NCBI GenBank assembly: GCA_963693365.1
Contig: CAVNZM010000009.1
Span: forward strand, 10,420,243 to 10,484,242
Direction: 5' to 3'
DNA from: Amoebidium appalachense
Taxonomy: Eukaryota; Protista; Ichthyosporea
Length of the DNA stretch: 64,000 bases
The notes beneath the pieces were generated by a model. It had not been told where the DNA came from. It saw only the letters and a list, made by a program, of their open reading frames with translations, and did no database searches. The position numbers were made by a program, and so were the translations under genes. How positions within the stretch are numbered: position 1 is the stretch's first letter; every line of letters starts with the position of its first letter. Of this stretch, positions 61,905 through 64,000 are shown piece by piece.

Positions 61905-62650
61905 GTGCACGTGTACATGTTCAAGTGTGCACGTGTTCAAGTGTGCACTTGTACATGTTCAAGTGTGCACGTGTTCAAGTGTGCACGTGTTCAAGTGTGC
62001 ACGTGTTCAAGTGTGCACGTGTACATGTTCAAGTGTGCACGTGTTCAAGTGTGCACGTGTACATGTTCAAGTGTGCACGTGTACATGCTCAAGTGTGTAC
62101 ATGTTCAAGTGTGCACATGTTCAAGTGTGCACGTGTACATGTTCAAGTGTGCACGTGTACATGTTCAAGTGTGTACATGTTCCAAGTGTGCACATGTTCA
62201 AGTGTGCACGTGTACATGTTCAAGTGTGTACATGTTCAAGTGTGCACGTGTACATGTTCAAGTGTGCACGTGTACATGTTCACGTGTGCACGTGTACATG
62301 TTCAAGTGTGCACGTGTACATGTTCAAGTGTGCACGTGTACATGTTCAAGTGTGCACGTGTACATGTTCACGTGTGGACGTGTACATGTTCAAGTGTGCA
62401 CGTGTACATGTTCAAGTGTGCACGTGTACATGTTCACGTGTGCAGGTGTACATGTTCAAGTGTGCACGTGTTCAAGTGTGCACGTGTTCAAGTGTGCACG
62501 TGTTCAAGTGTGCACGTGTACATGTTCAAGTGTGCGCGTGTACATGTTTAAGTGTGCACGTGTACATGTTCAAGTGTGCACGTGTTCAAGTGTGCACGTG
62601 TACATGTTCAAGTGTGCACGTGTTCAAGTGTGCACGTGTACATGTTCAAA
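61905..62650. repeat. Satellite of mixed 16-bp (TCAAGTGTGCACGTGT) and 22-bp (TCAAGTGTGCACGTGTACATGT) units
   Basis: Directly visible, about 750 bp; it explains the spurious ORFs at 61540-62844. Confidence 0.95.
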
Positions 62651-62785
62651 ATGCACGTGTACGTACGTGGGTGTTGATTTTTGGCGTATGTGTTGATATG
62701 GGTGTGTGCATGTTTGTGTGTATTGCAATGTTGATGGTTGGGCAGGTGCAAGCGCCATTGGATGGACATATGCATGTGTGTGTGT

Positions 62786-62821
<36 letters not shown>

Positions 62822-63800
62822 AGGTGAGAACCAGATCTCCTTGATCTAGGCATGCACGCACGTGCGCCTTGCTAGCTGGATATGGCTGCAAATGTGTGTG
62901 TGCGTGTACATGTGTGCTGGGGGCCCAGAGGGGTTGGGTTATTTGGGGGTATTAGTACCTGTGCATATGAAATCATGCATAACGGACAACACAGTGCAGA
63001 CAGATGGCAGGGCACACGCGTGCACCAAAAGCAGACAGTGTATCCTGAGTCAGCAGAGTTACTTCTCAGGGGGTTCAAGTGTGCAAATATGTGTGTGGCG
63101 GTGTGTGTGTGTGTTTGAGTGAGTGAGTGTGTGTGTATATGTGTGTGTGTGTGTGCATGTGTGTGAGGGAGTTAGCGTGTTTGAGTGAGTGAGTGTGTCC
63201 GCGCGTGTGTGCCGGTGTGTGTGTGTGTGCATGTGAGGGAAGGAGTGAGGGAGTGAGTGAGTGAGAGTGAGTGAGTGAGTGAGTGTGTGTGTGTGTCTGC
63301 GTGTGTGTGTGTCGAAAAGGTGTGGGGGGGGGGGGGGGGAGGGGGGTTTGAAGGCAGCACTCACGACACAAATGCAAGCTGCGGCTGTCGTGGCATATAA
63401 ATATATTCAATTGACCAATCAAAGTAATAAATTAACAGATAAAAGAACAAAATATGTAAAGGTTTGATGCCTCCCACACCAGAATTATTTGAAATTGTAG
63501 ACAATATCGATATAAAAAGCTTTCTAAATACATAACAAATTCGAGGTATAAAACAAACCAATGTAATCATAAAGGCATTTCCGACTCAAAAGTTATAGCA
63601 CCGAAGTAAACAATAAAGTTTAAGAGCAATCATCCTTATTTCATACACATATTAAACAATAAATCAAAACATCTTTCACACCAATTAAATGGATAGGATC
63701 GGGGACCCCGTAATGCAGAACACAAAGAGCATGGTGTTCCACATGATAAGAATCACTAAGCTAAGGCTAAGAGTATGCCAATAAGACAGCACGGATTGAA

Positions 63801-63879
<79 letters not shown>

Positions 63880-64000
63880 CATATGTGTTTGTGTGCGTGT
63901 GTGTACGCCCACGTACGCACGTACGTGTGTGAGGCGAAAGCCGGAAAAAGAATTCATACACATAAGTCTATGCACACATATTGATCCCCACAGTCAGGCT

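Noticed and set aside
61540-62844. 434-aa Cys-rich ORF
   Set aside because: It is a stop-free reading of the 16/22-bp satellite, open in all three forward frames.
63685-63790. YHVEHH desaturase-like His box on the minus strand near the window end
   Set aside because: It is an isolated short motif without supporting context.

Overview
Eukaryotic genomic DNA, intron-rich, with GT-AG introns packed with (CA/GT)n, (GA)n and poly-C/poly-G tracts. Most ORFs in the six-frame track are microsatellite artefacts. The gene content suggests a unicellular opisthokont or holozoan-type protist, but this is inference only. Hand splicing gives five multi-exon genes: a SAP-like/F-box/LRR gene (+, 2109-6940), a secreted ricin-B/TSP1/mucin gene (-, 10355-14330), a mitochondrial-type BolA gene (-, 16315-21219), a large secreted PAN/apple + calcium-binding EGF gene (-, ~28421-45657) and a Wss1/WLM metalloprotease with RanBP2 zinc fingers (+, 56537-61050). 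Two further genes are intronless: a herpes-tegument-like (VTD/C76) deubiquitinase (-, 22054-23055) and a dual-specificity phosphatase (+, 24731-25664). The most unusual region is 46.9-51.5 kb. It holds three copies of a ~550-bp unit ending in a Helitron-like hairpin+CTTG terminus. One copy closes a 3.4-kb A|TC...CTTG|T element that carries a putative tandem OB-fold ORF, and the other two form a ~1.2-kb palindrome. Also notable are 3' splice sites preceded by (CA)n or poly-C instead of U-rich tracts, and 12 consecutive phase-1 introns separating single-domain exons in the PAN/EGF gene.
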